Positions 10,176 through 21,576 of a stretch of DNA of 64,000 bases are shown here, in pieces. This stretch comes from Syntrophales bacterium. Lineage in GTDB: Bacteria; Desulfobacterota; Syntrophia; Syntrophales; UBA6807. The notes beneath the pieces are model-generated. The model was not told the DNA's origin. It saw nothing but the letters and a program-made list of their open reading frames with translations, and searched no databases. The stretch covers positions 224,001-288,000 of the forward strand of contig JAXGPA010000003.1 of NCBI GenBank assembly GCA_040767195.1. The letters run 5' to 3'. Every line of letters begins with the position of its first letter. The first letter of the stretch is position 1. A program made the translations under genes and the position numbers.

Positions 10176-10436
10176 ATGAACAGCGAAAAACCGTCTCCCT
10201 GGCTGTGGTGGGGAACACATCTGGCGATTGCCGCCCTGACCCTTTTCTTTTTCGTCGAGGGCATCTCCATTCTCATCGGCTCCTACGGTTCGGACAACCC
10301 CCTCGTTTTCATCATGCTCTTTTTTTCCTCCAGCCTCATCATCATGATCAGCGCCGTGGGCTTTCTTTATCCCCTCATCCGCATTCTCCGGCGGCTGAGA
10401 GGCGAAAAACCGGGGCAGGGAGAGGGCTTGCCGTGA
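10176..10436 (+). CDS. small membrane protein (2 TM)
   Basis: Hydrophobic helices from MNSEKPSPWLWW onward; directly upstream of the M16 pair. Confidence 0.65.
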   Translation: MNSEKPSPWLWWGTHLAIAALTLFFFVEGISILIGSYGSDNPLVFIMLFFSSSLIIMISAVGFLYPLIRILRRLRGEKPGQGEGLP

Positions 10437-10468
10437 AGACGGGCGGTTCCGCTCCCGAAGGGCATTTC

Positions 10469-11980
10469 ATGAAGAATAAGATACTCCTTCTTTTCGTCCT
10501 TTTTTTCCTCACCGCGACACCGTTCCTGCCGGAGGCCTTCGCCGAAAGCGACACCGTCGACCTGGGAAAAGCCGTCCGGAGGCACACCCTGTCCAACGGC
10601 CTCAGGCTTCTCATCGCCGAAAGACACCTGAGCCCCACCGTGTCCTGCTACATCCGCTACAAGGTGGGTGCCGTGGATGAACGGGGGAAAAGCACCGGGA
10701 CGGCCCACTTCCTGGAGCATCTCCTGTTTAAGGGAACGGAAACGATCGGCACGGTGAACTACGAGCGGGAGAAGCCTCTCCGGGCCCGGATCAGGAACCT
10801 GGTCCGTGAGTTGGACAGGGAAAAGAAAAAGGGTGTCCCGGGAGATGAGAAGAAAATCGAGTCCCTGGCGGCTGAGATCGCCGCCCTGGGGGAAGAGGCC
10901 GCCCGATGGACGAAGCCGAGCGAGATCGATCGTCTTTACACGGAAAGCGGTGCCGTGAACCTGAACGCTTCCACCGGTTACGACCTGACGACCTACCACG
11001 TGAGCCTGCCCGCCAACCGGCTCGAGCTGTGGGCCCGGATCGAGTCGGACCGTATGGCCGACGCCGTTTTCAGGGAATTTGAAAGAGAGAGGATGGTCAT
11101 CGAGGAAGAACGGCGCCAGACCGTCGAATCCGTTCCCAACCGCAGGCTCGTGGAACTCTTTTTAGGAACGGCCTTCATGGTACACCCCTACCGGCGGCCC
11201 ATCATCGGGTGGCCTTCCAGTATCCCTTTTTTGGACATCGACTACGTCGAGAGGTTCTATGAAACATACCACGTCCCCAACAACGCCGTCATCGCCGTCG
11301 TGGGCGCCGTGGACCCCGGACAGGTTCTCGAGATCGTGGAACGGTATTTCGGACGCCTCCCGGCCCGGGAGATCCCTCCCCGCGACATCCCCGGGGAGCC
11401 GATCCAGCGTGGAGAACGACGGGTCGAATACAGGGCGCCGGCGAACCCGAAGATCATTCTCGGATATCACAAGCCCACCCTCCCCTCTCCCGATGACGTC
11501 GCTTTCGACCTCCTCGACATCGTTCTAACGGGTGGAAGAACGGCCCGACTGCATCGCGTTCTTGTCGAGGAGGCCACCGTGGCTTCATCCGTCCAGTCGT
11601 CCAGCGGTTTTCCCGGGGTCCGGTACGACAACCTCTTTACCGTTTTCGCCACCCCCCGATCTCCCCACACCCTCGAGGAGCTTGAAAAAGCGCTCCTGTC
11701 GGAACTGGACCGCCTGAAAGAGGAAGCGGTGCCGGAGCGGGAAATCGAAAAAGCCCGGAACATCTACCGGGCCGGCCTCCTCCGGGAAATGCGCTCCAAT
11801 GCCGGTATGGCGGGGCTTATTTCCTATTTCGAGATTCTCACGGGAGACTTCCGCTTCCTGTCGGAAGCCCTTGAACAGGCAGAAAATGTCACCGCGGAAG
11901 ACCTGAAAAGAATCGCCCGGACCTTCTTCGTCGATGAAAACCGGACCGTGGCCATTCTCGCTGGGACGGGTGAATCATGA
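10469..11980 (+). CDS. M16 (pitrilysin) family zinc peptidase, catalytic subunit, exported
   Basis: Signal peptide MKNKILLLFVLFFL; inverted HxxEH motif (HFLEH); NASTGYDLTTY. Confidence 0.92.
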   Translation: MKNKILLLFVLFFLTATPFLPEAFAESDTVDLGKAVRRHTLSNGLRLLIAERHLSPTVSCYIRYKVGAVDERGKSTGTAHFLEHLLFKGTETIGTVNYEREKPLRARIRNLVRELDREKKKGVPGDEKKIESLAAEIAALGEEAARWTKPSEIDRLYTESGAVNLNASTGYDLTTYHVSLPANRLELWARIESDRMADAVFREFERERMVIEEERRQTVESVPNRRLVELFLGTAFMVHPYRRPIIGWPSSIPFLDIDYVERFYETYHVPNNAVIAVVGAVDPGQVLEIVERYFGRLPAREIPPRDIPGEPIQRGERRVEYRAPANPKIILGYHKPTLPSPDDVAFDLLDIVLTGGRTARLHRVLVEEATVASSVQSSSGFPGVRYDNLFTVFATPRSPHTLEELEKALLSELDRLKEEAVPEREIEKARNIYRAGLLREMRSNAGMAGLISYFEILTGDFRFLSEALEQAENVTAEDLKRIARTFFVDENRTVAILAGTGES

Positions 11981-13380
11981 AAAAGGCGCTTCCGGTTCTT
12001 TTTTTTCTCGCGTTCTTTCTCCTTTCCTGTGGACCGGCGCGGCTCCCCGACCCCGAAAACATTCCCGCCCCCCCTCTCGAAGCCGACATGCCCCCGGTGG
12101 AGAAAATCAGCCTGGCCAACGGGATGACCCTGTATTATCTCGAGGACCGGGAACTTCCCCTGGCTTCCGTGTCCCTTCTCGTCGGCGCGGGCTCCGCCCT
12201 CGATCCCCCGGGAAAGGAAGGACTCGCTGAACTGACGGGCACGCTGCTGCGCACGGGGGGAACGAAGACGACAGGAAGCAGGCGGGTGGACGACGAACTC
12301 GATTTCATGGCCGCCGAAGTCACGGTGAGCGTGGAAAAGGAGATGACCTGGATCGACGCCTCTTTCCTCAGGGAAGACCTGGATCGAGGTGTCGATCTTC
12401 TCTCACGGATGCTTGTCGAGCCGGCCTTCGAGAAGGACAGGGTCCAACTGGCCAGAAATCTCAAGATCGAGGCCCTCAGGCGTATTCCGGACAACCCCTC
12501 GGGCATGGCCTTTCGTGAATTTTTCAGTGTTCTTTACGGCAGCGACCCCAGGGGGCGGCTGGAAACGAGGCAGACCGTCGAACACCTCGACCGGCCCGAC
12601 GTCCTTCGATTTTACGAGTCCCACTATTTCCCGGGGAACGTCCGGGTGGCCGTGACGGGAGACGTGACCCGGCGGGAAGCGGTTGAACTGGTTGAAAAAC
12701 ATTTCCGGCGCTGGAACCGTGCTGGCACCCGTTCCTCCCTCCCCGATCCCGCCCGTCACACGGGCGGAGGGGTCTATCTCCTCGAAAAAGACCTTCCCCA
12801 GTCGGTGATCGTCACCGGCCAGATCGTAGCGGGGAAAAGGGAGGACGACTACTACGCCTTCGAGGTTCTTGATTTCATTCTCGGAAGCGGGGGATTTCGC
12901 TCCCGGATCTTCAGCCGCGTCCGAAACACGCTGGGTCTCGCCTACAGCGCGGGAAGCTTTTACGTCCCCCGGGGAGGATATGGAATCTTCGCCGCCTATG
13001 CCATGACGAACGGCGGCGCCACCGCCCGGGTGACCGACGAAATCACCGGGATTCTCGAGTCCCCGGGCTTCCGATCCCTGAGCGGGGAGGAGATCGCCTG
13101 GGCCAAAAACGCCCTGGTCAACCAGTTCGTATTTTCCATGGCCTCCGCAGCGGGGATCGCCAGGCAATGGATGATCAATGATTTCAACGATCTTCCGGAA
13201 GATTTTCTGTCACGCTACGGGGAGCGGATCGGCCGGGTCACGCCGGAGGACCTGGAACAAGTATCCCGGAAATACCTCGGGGAAATAAAAAGGCCCATCC
13301 TGGTCTTAGGGAAAAGAGAAACCTTTGACAGGCCCCTTGACGCCTTCGGCACCGTCCATGAAATACCCGCTACCTACTGA
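11977..13380 (+). CDS. M16 family non-catalytic partner subunit, lipoprotein
   Basis: Lipobox LLSC; no HxxEH; SRIFSRVRNTLGLAYS; ATGA overlap with the upstream gene. Confidence 0.9.
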   Translation: MKKALPVLFFLAFFLLSCGPARLPDPENIPAPPLEADMPPVEKISLANGMTLYYLEDRELPLASVSLLVGAGSALDPPGKEGLAELTGTLLRTGGTKTTGSRRVDDELDFMAAEVTVSVEKEMTWIDASFLREDLDRGVDLLSRMLVEPAFEKDRVQLARNLKIEALRRIPDNPSGMAFREFFSVLYGSDPRGRLETRQTVEHLDRPDVLRFYESHYFPGNVRVAVTGDVTRREAVELVEKHFRRWNRAGTRSSLPDPARHTGGGVYLLEKDLPQSVIVTGQIVAGKREDDYYAFEVLDFILGSGGFRSRIFSRVRNTLGLAYSAGSFYVPRGGYGIFAAYAMTNGGATARVTDEITGILESPGFRSLSGEEIAWAKNALVNQFVFSMASAAGIARQWMINDFNDLPEDFLSRYGERIGRVTPEDLEQVSRKYLGEIKRPILVLGKRETFDRPLDAFGTVHEIPATY

Positions 13381-13405
13381 CGGCGGAAAACAGGAAGGAA
13401 ATCAC

Positions 13406-14650
13406 ATGATCGACGACGCCCTATTCGACAGGGTCTCCCGGCGGATCGACGCTTACCGGGAGGATATGATCGAACTCCAGAAGGCCCTGACGGCCATCCC
13501 GGCCCTGGGACCGGAAAACGGCGGGGACGGGGAATTCGAAAAGGCGAGATTCCTTGAATCCTACCTCCGGAGCGCCGGCTTCCGTGAGGTCCTTCACTGC
13601 GATGCTCCCGACCCCAGGGTCTCGTCGGGCCTGCGCCCGAACCTGGTGGTGCGGGTTCCCGGTAAAAGGGGAAAAAAGACCGTTTGGGTTCTGACCCACA
13701 TGGACATCGTACCGCCGGGGGAACGAAGCCTCTGGGAAGGCGACCCCTACGAGGCCGTCGTGAAAGACGGTAAAATCCGCGGGCGGGGAACGGAAGACAA
13801 CCAGCAGGATCTTGTCGCCTCCCTTTTCGCCGCCCGGGCCGTCATGGACGAGGGAATCGAACCGGATGCTTCCATGGGCCTCGCCTTCGTGTCCGATGAA
13901 GAGACGGCCAGTTCCTACGGGCTTCCTTATCTTCTCGAGACCATGGGGACGCTCTTCGGGAAAACGGACTGGATCGTTGTCCCCGATTTCGGCAACCGGG
14001 AGGGAACCCTCATCGAGGTCGCCGAGAAAAGCCTTCTATGGCTCAGGATCAGGACCGTGGGCCGCCAGTGCCACGCCAGCACGCCTGCCGAGGGCGTCAA
14101 CGCGTTCACTGCCGCGTCCCACCTGGTCGTAAAACTACGGGAGCTCTACCGCGTCTACGGCCATTCCAATCCTGTTTTCCTGCCTCCCGTGAGCACCTTC
14201 GAGGCCACGCGAAAAGAGGAGAACATTCCCAACATCAACACGGTTCCCGGCGACGACGTCTTTTATCTTGACTGCCGCATCCTTCCGGACTACACCGTGG
14301 AAGAGATCAAAAAGACGATCCGCGCCATGGCCGACGAGATCGAGCACGACTTCGGGGTCACCGTGGAACTCTCCCCCGTCCAGGAGCACCAGGCCCCTGA
14401 GCCGACAGCCCCCGACGCCCCCGTGGTTGTGGCCCTCCAACGGGCCTTGAAGAAGGTTTACGGTGTTGACGGCGTCCCCACGGGCATCGGGGGGGGAACC
14501 GTGGCGGCCTTTTTCAGGAGGGCGGGGTTCCCGGCGGTGGTCTGGTCGAAAACCAACCAGACCTTTCACCAGGCCAACGAGAGCTGCATCATCGACAACA
14601 TGTTGGGAAACGCTAAAATCTACGGGCACCTTTTTCTGCAGAAAGACTGA
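13406..14650 (+). CDS. M20 family metallohydrolase (DapE/ArgE-like)
   Basis: THMDIVP, GRGTEDN, SDEE, CHASTP, HQANE; start moved to MIDDALF. Confidence 0.88.
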   Translation: MIDDALFDRVSRRIDAYREDMIELQKALTAIPALGPENGGDGEFEKARFLESYLRSAGFREVLHCDAPDPRVSSGLRPNLVVRVPGKRGKKTVWVLTHMDIVPPGERSLWEGDPYEAVVKDGKIRGRGTEDNQQDLVASLFAARAVMDEGIEPDASMGLAFVSDEETASSYGLPYLLETMGTLFGKTDWIVVPDFGNREGTLIEVAEKSLLWLRIRTVGRQCHASTPAEGVNAFTAASHLVVKLRELYRVYGHSNPVFLPPVSTFEATRKEENIPNINTVPGDDVFYLDCRILPDYTVEEIKKTIRAMADEIEHDFGVTVELSPVQEHQAPEPTAPDAPVVVALQRALKKVYGVDGVPTGIGGGTVAAFFRRAGFPAVVWSKTNQTFHQANESCIIDNMLGNAKIYGHLFLQKD

Positions 14651-14697
14651 GGGAAAGGAAACGAAAGGGATTGCGCCCTCCCGATGATGATGGTATC

Positions 14698-15736
<1,039 letters not shown>

Positions 15737-15750
<14 letters not shown>

Positions 15751-18112
15751 GAAGACGCCGAAAGGCAATAAAAAACGAAACAGGGCCCGCCCTTTTCCCG
15801 GATCCCGGTTTCTCACGTCCGCCGGGTTCAGGGTGTTCATTCTCTTTTCTCTCAGCATAGCCCTGGCTTACATACTCAACCCCTTCCTCCCCGGGGCCTT
15901 TCCCCTTTTAAAATCCGGAACCATAGCCCCGAAGGACGTCAAGGCGGACAGGGATTTCCTCATGGAGGACCGGGCCTCCACGGAACAAAGACGTCTCGAG
16001 GCCGTCGAAACGGTCCCGCCGGTGTACGATTATGATCGGCAGGTTCCCACCGTGATCGGAATGGCCGTCGCCGGCGCATTTCTTGAAATGTCACGGCATC
16101 CCGCGGAAGGACCTGGGGAGAAAGGAACCCCGTCCGTCGAGGAAAAAAGAGAGCCGGCGGAGATGAAACAGGCCTTTGAGGCGCTTTCAGGCGTCACCCT
16201 CGGGGACAACGAGTTCCAGGCTCTCCATCGTTACGGCTTTTCCATAGACAGGCTGAACGATTTTGTACGCGTCATTCACGCTCCCTACCGAATGGGGCCG
16301 ATCAGCCCGGAGAGCCTGCCGACGGGCCGGAGCATTCTCGTTCGGGACATCAAGACGGAAAAGGAGGAATCCTGGGAAAACCTGAAAAACGTCCTCACTC
16401 TCGAAGCCGCAAGAAAACATCTTAGAGAATACGTGGAGCAGTACAGGGGACTGCCCGAGGATCTCCGGGAGGTTTACATCTCCATAGGAGGGAAGCTTCT
16501 CAGGCCGAGCCTGACTTTCGCCCGAAACGCCACGGAAAAACGGAAACAGCTGGCGGCGGAGTCGGTGAAGCCCGTTTTTTTCAAGGTCCAGGCGGGAGAA
16601 ATGATCGTTCGGGAGGGAGAGAAGGTCACCGCCGGTCACCTGGAAAAGCTGCGGGCCCTCGGCAGTGCTGAGAGGGACAATCTTGTTTCCCATGTTTTCA
16701 AGTCCGCCGGGACTTTTTTCATGATTCTTCTTTTTACCTTCCTTCTCTACCTCCTTTTGAGAACCGATCGGCTGTCCTCGGCCAAGAACAACCTGGACCT
16801 CCTTTTCCTGGCCGTTCTCTCCATTCTCATGGTTTTTCTCGTCGAAGGCGGCCAGTTTGTGGCGCGGTCCCTTACCGCCGCTTTTCCCAAGGTACCGCTG
16901 GAGGCCGCCTTCTTCGCCATTCCGTTCACCACGGGAACCATGATCGTGGTCATTCTTCTCAGGAAAAACGCCGGGCTCCTCTTCACGCTTTTCTTCGCCT
17001 TCCTGACGACTTTTCTCTTCGAGTCACCCTTTCGAATGTTCTTTTACGTCGTTACGGCGGGAATCGTCGCCGCCTTCCGGATGGCGGAATGCCATGAAAG
17101 ATCAGTCTTTTACCGCGCCGGAGCGGTGGTCGGCCTGGTCAACATGGCGGTGATCCTCTGTTTTTCCCTTTACGGCAACACGCTTTTGACCGTGGTGACG
17201 GTACCGGCACTGGCCGGTGGGTTTCTGTCCGGGATTCTTTCAGGAATCTTTGCCGGAAGCCTCGTTCCCCTTTTCGAATTCATTTTCCGCTACACCACGG
17301 ACATCAAGCTCCTCGAACTGGGCAACCTGAATCGACCCATATTCCAGCGGATGATTTTTCTCACGCCGGGCACCTATCACCACAGCATCATCGTGGGGTC
17401 CATGGCGGAAGCGGCGGCCGAGGCCATCGGCGCCAACGCGCTCCTGGCCAAGGTCAGTGCCTACTACCATGACATCGGCAAAATGAAAAAACCGCTCTAT
17501 TTCGTGGAAAACCAGAGGAAGTGGGAAGACCGCCACCAGAAACTGTCCCCCAAGATGAGCAGCCTCGTCATCATATCCCACGTGAAGGAAGGGTGCGAAA
17601 TGGCGCGGGATCTCCGTCTCGGCCGTCCCATCACCGACATCATCCGGCAGCATCACGGAACCCGTCTCGTCACCTACTTTTACGACAAGGCGCAAAAGGA
17701 TCGAGACCCATCCATCCGCTCCATTCCAGAAAGCGACTTTCGCTATCCCGGACCGAAACCCCAGACGAAGGAGGCGGCCCTTGTCCTCCTCGGGGACATC
17801 ATCGAGGCGTCTTCCCGGGCGCTCATCAACCCCACGTCATCGAGAATCCGGAACCTGGTGGAGAACAGAATCCAGGAAATCCTCAACGAGGGTCAGCTGG
17901 ACGACTCCAACCTGACATTCCGGGAACTGCGCATCATCGAGGACAGCTTCACCAGGATTCTCCTCGGCATCTTTCATCACCGGATCGATTACCCGGCGAC
18001 ACCGCCGTCGAAAACACCAAACGGGAAAAAGGAAAGGAATGGCCATCCATATCGACAACCGCTGGGGAAAAGCGCCGGTTTCTTTAGCGGCACTCCGTCG
18101 GGACCTCACTGA
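15737..18112 (+). CDS. 7TM HDIG-domain membrane phosphohydrolase (PgpH-like)
   Basis: Extracellular domain plus TM bundle, PGTYHHS, YYHDIGK, FRYPGPKPQ; phoH-HD-ybeY synteny. Confidence 0.92.
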
Positions 18113-18488
18113 CGTTCTTCACACCCTGGCCCTGGAAAAGCGGGAACTCTCTCTCGTCCTCGTGGGTGACGAGGAGATTCGAACCCTCAATCGCCTGTAT
18201 CTCGAGCGGGACCGACCGACCAACGTCCTTTCCTTTCCTGCAGGAGAAGACAGGGGCGACCCCGGTCACCCTCTTCCCCTTGGGGATATTGTCATTTCCG
18301 TCGACACGGCGGCCCGGGACGCCGGTGAAACGGGAATCCCCCTTGAAGACGCCCTTCTTTTTCTCGTGATACATGGTCTTCTTCACCTGGCGGGATACGA
18401 TCATGAACGTCCGGGAAGCGACGAAGAGGCGATGAGAAAAAAAGAAAATGAACTCTTCAGGCGTTTGAGGGGCTATGAAATGGAATGA
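18039..18488 (+). CDS. ybeY: endoribonuclease YbeY
   Basis: PTNVLSF, LGDIVIS, HGLLHLAGYDHE. Confidence 0.95.
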   Translation: MAIHIDNRWGKAPVSLAALRRDLTDVLHTLALEKRELSLVLVGDEEIRTLNRLYLERDRPTNVLSFPAGEDRGDPGHPLPLGDIVISVDTAARDAGETGIPLEDALLFLVIHGLLHLAGYDHERPGSDEEAMRKKENELFRRLRGYEME

Positions 18489-18511
18489 GAGCGACCTCCC
18501 GGGTCGCCCAT

Positions 18512-20416
18512 TCAGCGGCAGATCCTGATTTCCTGGCCCGGGTAAATCCGGCCGTCGGGGCTGAGCCCGTTCATCTCGAGAAGATCATCCACGGTGATTC
18601 GATAGGTCCGGGCGATCTGAAAAAGACTGTCACCGGGTTTCACCGTGTAAACCGTCCCGCTTTCGCCGCCGGCACCCGCGACACCCCTTCCCCCGTCCAG
18701 ACGAAGCACCTGGCCGATCTGGAGTCCATCACCGGAAAGTCCGTTCAGGCGCTTGATTTGCGAGACTGTAACACCGTGTCTTCGAGCGATGTTCCACAGG
18801 GAATCGCCCTTTTTCACCCTGTAATAAGCAGGTTTGACGGAAGCGAATCTCACCTTCCCATCGCCGGCAGGTCCTTCATCTCCTGAAAAATCGGCCCGGG
18901 TGGGAACTTTCAGAATCTTACCCTCACGGATCATGTGCTGGCTCGAAAGATGGTTCATCTTGACGATGGATGCCACGGAAGCGCCGTATTTTCTGGCAAT
19001 TCCCGAAAGGTATTCGCCCCGTTTCACCCGGTGAAGCACCAGGGCCGTCGCCTGGGGTTTTTTCGCGGCGGGAATGCCATCGAGAACAGCCAGGATCCTT
19101 TCCGTCGATCCCGACGGAATCTTCAGATCGTATTCCCGGTCCGGCGTCACCCCGTATCTCAACTGGGGGTTCAAAAGGCGGAGATCCTCCTCGCGAAGCC
19201 CCCCGGCGCTGGCGATGTCCTTCAACCTGAGAGATCGCTGGACGGTAACGGATTCAAAATCAATGCCTGTTTTCGGATTTGGAAGCGCCATTCCGTATCT
19301 GTCCGGAGCCTCGATGATTTGGAGGGCGGCGAGAAACCGCGGGACATACCGGGCCGTCTCGAAGGGAAGCTGGTGATAAAGATCCCAGAAATTGTCGAGG
19401 TAATTGGTGTGTTGCCGCGATATCACCCGAAGGACCCTGCCCTCTCCACAGTTGTAGGCGGCGAGGACGGTCAGCCAGTCCCCGAAAATACCGTGGAGTT
19501 CCTTGAGATAGGCAATGGCGGCATCAGTGGACTTCTCCACGTCCATTCTTTCGTCGATCCAATAGTCCCGCTTTAGTCCGAACTTGTAGCCCGTGGAGGG
19601 GATAATCTGCCACAGGCCCAGGGCCCGGGCCGATGAAAGGGCCTGCACCATGAACCCGCTTTCCACGAGGGGAAGCCAGGAAAGCTCTTTCGGCAGGCCC
19701 GCCTTTTTCAGTTTTTCAAGAATCATAGGCCGGTAGAGGCCAGAACGCTCATAGGCCCGCTGAAATGTCCCCCGCTCGGATTTCTGGAACCTTTTGATTT
19801 CCTTTTCCACATCGGCATTCACCACATGGGGGATCTCGCTTTGATATCCCGTGGTCACGACATTGCGGGACGCGTAGATTTCTAGAATCCGCTTCGAAAT
19901 CATGTAACGCAGGTCGTCTTTCTGCCAGGCCATGTCGGGGTTTCCATCCACATTCAGAATGGAGGCATACGCCTGGTCTAGAAGGGCCACGGCGTTTTCC
20001 AGTTCGCCCTTCTCCCAAGCCTCCTGGGACCGGTTGATAAGTTCCAGTGCCGCATCGATCGCTTCCTGCTCCTCCAGCTTCTCGCCCTCTCCGGGCCCAC
20101 CGCCGAGGGGTTCATCGAGGGCCGTGGCGGCCAGTTCCTTGTCTGAAAGGATTTCCCCGGCTTTTCCAAAGTCCGACCCGCTGTCCGGGCACCTCTCCGC
20201 GGAAGAGGCGCCCTTTTCTTCCACCGATCCGCTTTCCGGTCCGCCGTTGGCCGGCACCGTTAAGGCCGTATCCGTTGAAAGGCGGGCCCCGTCGTGGAAA
20301 GAACTGCAGGAGATGAGAAAAAAGGACAGGAAAAGAAACAAAGCGAATAAAAACATTCTATTAGGATTTTCTCTGTCCGTCACCGTTCTCCCCCCCCGCC
20401 TTTTTAAGCTTTTCAT
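18512..20416 (-). CDS. mltD: membrane-bound lytic murein transglycosylase D-like (SLT plus 3 LysM), lipoprotein
   Basis: VESGF, GLWQII, AAYNCGE, ETARYVP; three LysM repeats; lipobox LISC; start may be the GTG near 20383. Confidence 0.9.
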   Translation of the reverse strand: MKSLKRRGGRTVTDRENPNRMFLFALFLFLSFFLISCSSFHDGARLSTDTALTVPANGGPESGSVEEKGASSAERCPDSGSDFGKAGEILSDKELAATALDEPLGGGPGEGEKLEEQEAIDAALELINRSQEAWEKGELENAVALLDQAYASILNVDGNPDMAWQKDDLRYMISKRILEIYASRNVVTTGYQSEIPHVVNADVEKEIKRFQKSERGTFQRAYERSGLYRPMILEKLKKAGLPKELSWLPLVESGFMVQALSSARALGLWQIIPSTGYKFGLKRDYWIDERMDVEKSTDAAIAYLKELHGIFGDWLTVLAAYNCGEGRVLRVISRQHTNYLDNFWDLYHQLPFETARYVPRFLAALQIIEAPDRYGMALPNPKTGIDFESVTVQRSLRLKDIASAGGLREEDLRLLNPQLRYGVTPDREYDLKIPSGSTERILAVLDGIPAAKKPQATALVLHRVKRGEYLSGIARKYGASVASIVKMNHLSSQHMIREGKILKVPTRADFSGDEGPAGDGKVRFASVKPAYYRVKKGDSLWNIARRHGVTVSQIKRLNGLSGDGLQIGQVLRLDGGRGVAGAGGESGTVYTVKPGDSLFQIARTYRITVDDLLEMNGLSPDGRIYPGQEIRICR

Positions 20417-20480
20417 GATTTATACGGGACCGCGTTGTTTTCCCCTGGAAAACGCAACTCTCCAACAGAGCCATTACGCT

Positions 20481-21576
20481 TCAGCTCTGTTGCAGAAGAT
20501 ACCCCTCGATGAGGTCGTCGATGTCCCCGTCCAGGACCCGGGTGACGTTTCCTATTTCCATGTTCGTCCTGTGATCCTTCACCAGCCTGTAGGGATGAAG
20601 GACGTAAGACCGGATCTGGCTCCCGAAAGCGATGGCCTGTTTCGTCTTGTTCAGCTCCGTCATCTTTTCGTTCTGCTCGTCGACCTTCAGCTCGTAAAGG
20701 CGGGATCGAAGCACTTTCATGGCCACGGCCCGGTTCTTGTGCTGGGAGCGCTCGTTCTGGCACTGGACGACGATGCCCGTGGGAAGATGGGTGATCCTCA
20801 CGGCCGAGTCGGTCTTGTTCACGTGCTGACCACCCGCCCCGGTGGAGCGGTAGGTGTCTATCCGTAGATCCTTATCGTTGATCTCCACGGTTATCTCGTC
20901 GGTGATCTCCGGATAGACGAAAACGGAGGCGAAGGACGTGTGCCGCCTCGCCCCGGCATCGAAGGGGGAGATCCGGACAAGCCGGTGAATCCCCACTTCC
21001 GCCTTGATGTAACCGAAGGCATAGTCCCCCTCCATGGTCACCGTGGCGCTCTTGATTCCCGCCTCCTCGCCGGGCTGCAGGTCGATGAGGTTCGCGGTAA
21101 AGCCCTTCCTCTCGGCCCAACGGAGATACATGCGGAGGATCATGTCCGCCCAGTCCTGGGCCTCTGTCCCACCCGCCCCGGCGTGGATCATGAGAATGGC
21201 GTTTTTCTGGTCGTCGGCGCCCCCGAGCATGCTTTTGAGCTCTTCGCCCCGGACGGCCCGCTTCAGGTTCTCGAATTCCCTTTCAGCTTCCTCCAGGGTT
21301 TCCTCGTCGGCCTCCTCGCAGGCGAGTTCATGAAGGACCTTCAAGTCCTCCAGGCGTCTGTCCGTGCTTTTCCAGCTCTCGACAACCTGTTCGAAATCCC
21401 TTTTTTCCTTGAGAACGGTCTTTGCCGTCTCCTGGTCGTTCCAGAAATCTTCCCGTGAAATCCTGGCATCGAGCTCCCGAAGGGCTTTTTCCTTGCCGTC
21501 GATGTCAAAGAAAACCTCTGAGGTGGTGAATCCGTTCCTGGAGTTCCTGGATACCCTCGGCAAAGTTTTCAATCAT
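20481..21576 (-). CDS. prfB: peptide chain release factor 2 (programmed +1 frameshift)
   Basis: GGQ and SPF motifs; true start ATG 21576 (MIENFAEGIQELQERIHHLRGFL), then CTT TGA C slip site into DIDGKEK. Confidence 0.97.
21504..21520 (-). promoter_or_regulatory. prfB programmed frameshift cassette (internal SD plus CTTTGAC)
   Basis: Minus strand reads C-AGAGGT-TTT-CTT-TGA-C, matching the canonical AGGGGG-TAT-CTT-TGA-C. Confidence 0.95.

Noticed and set aside
20481..21572. prfB as a pseudogene, or starting at TTG 21572
   Set aside because: The canonical programmed frameshift explains the break.
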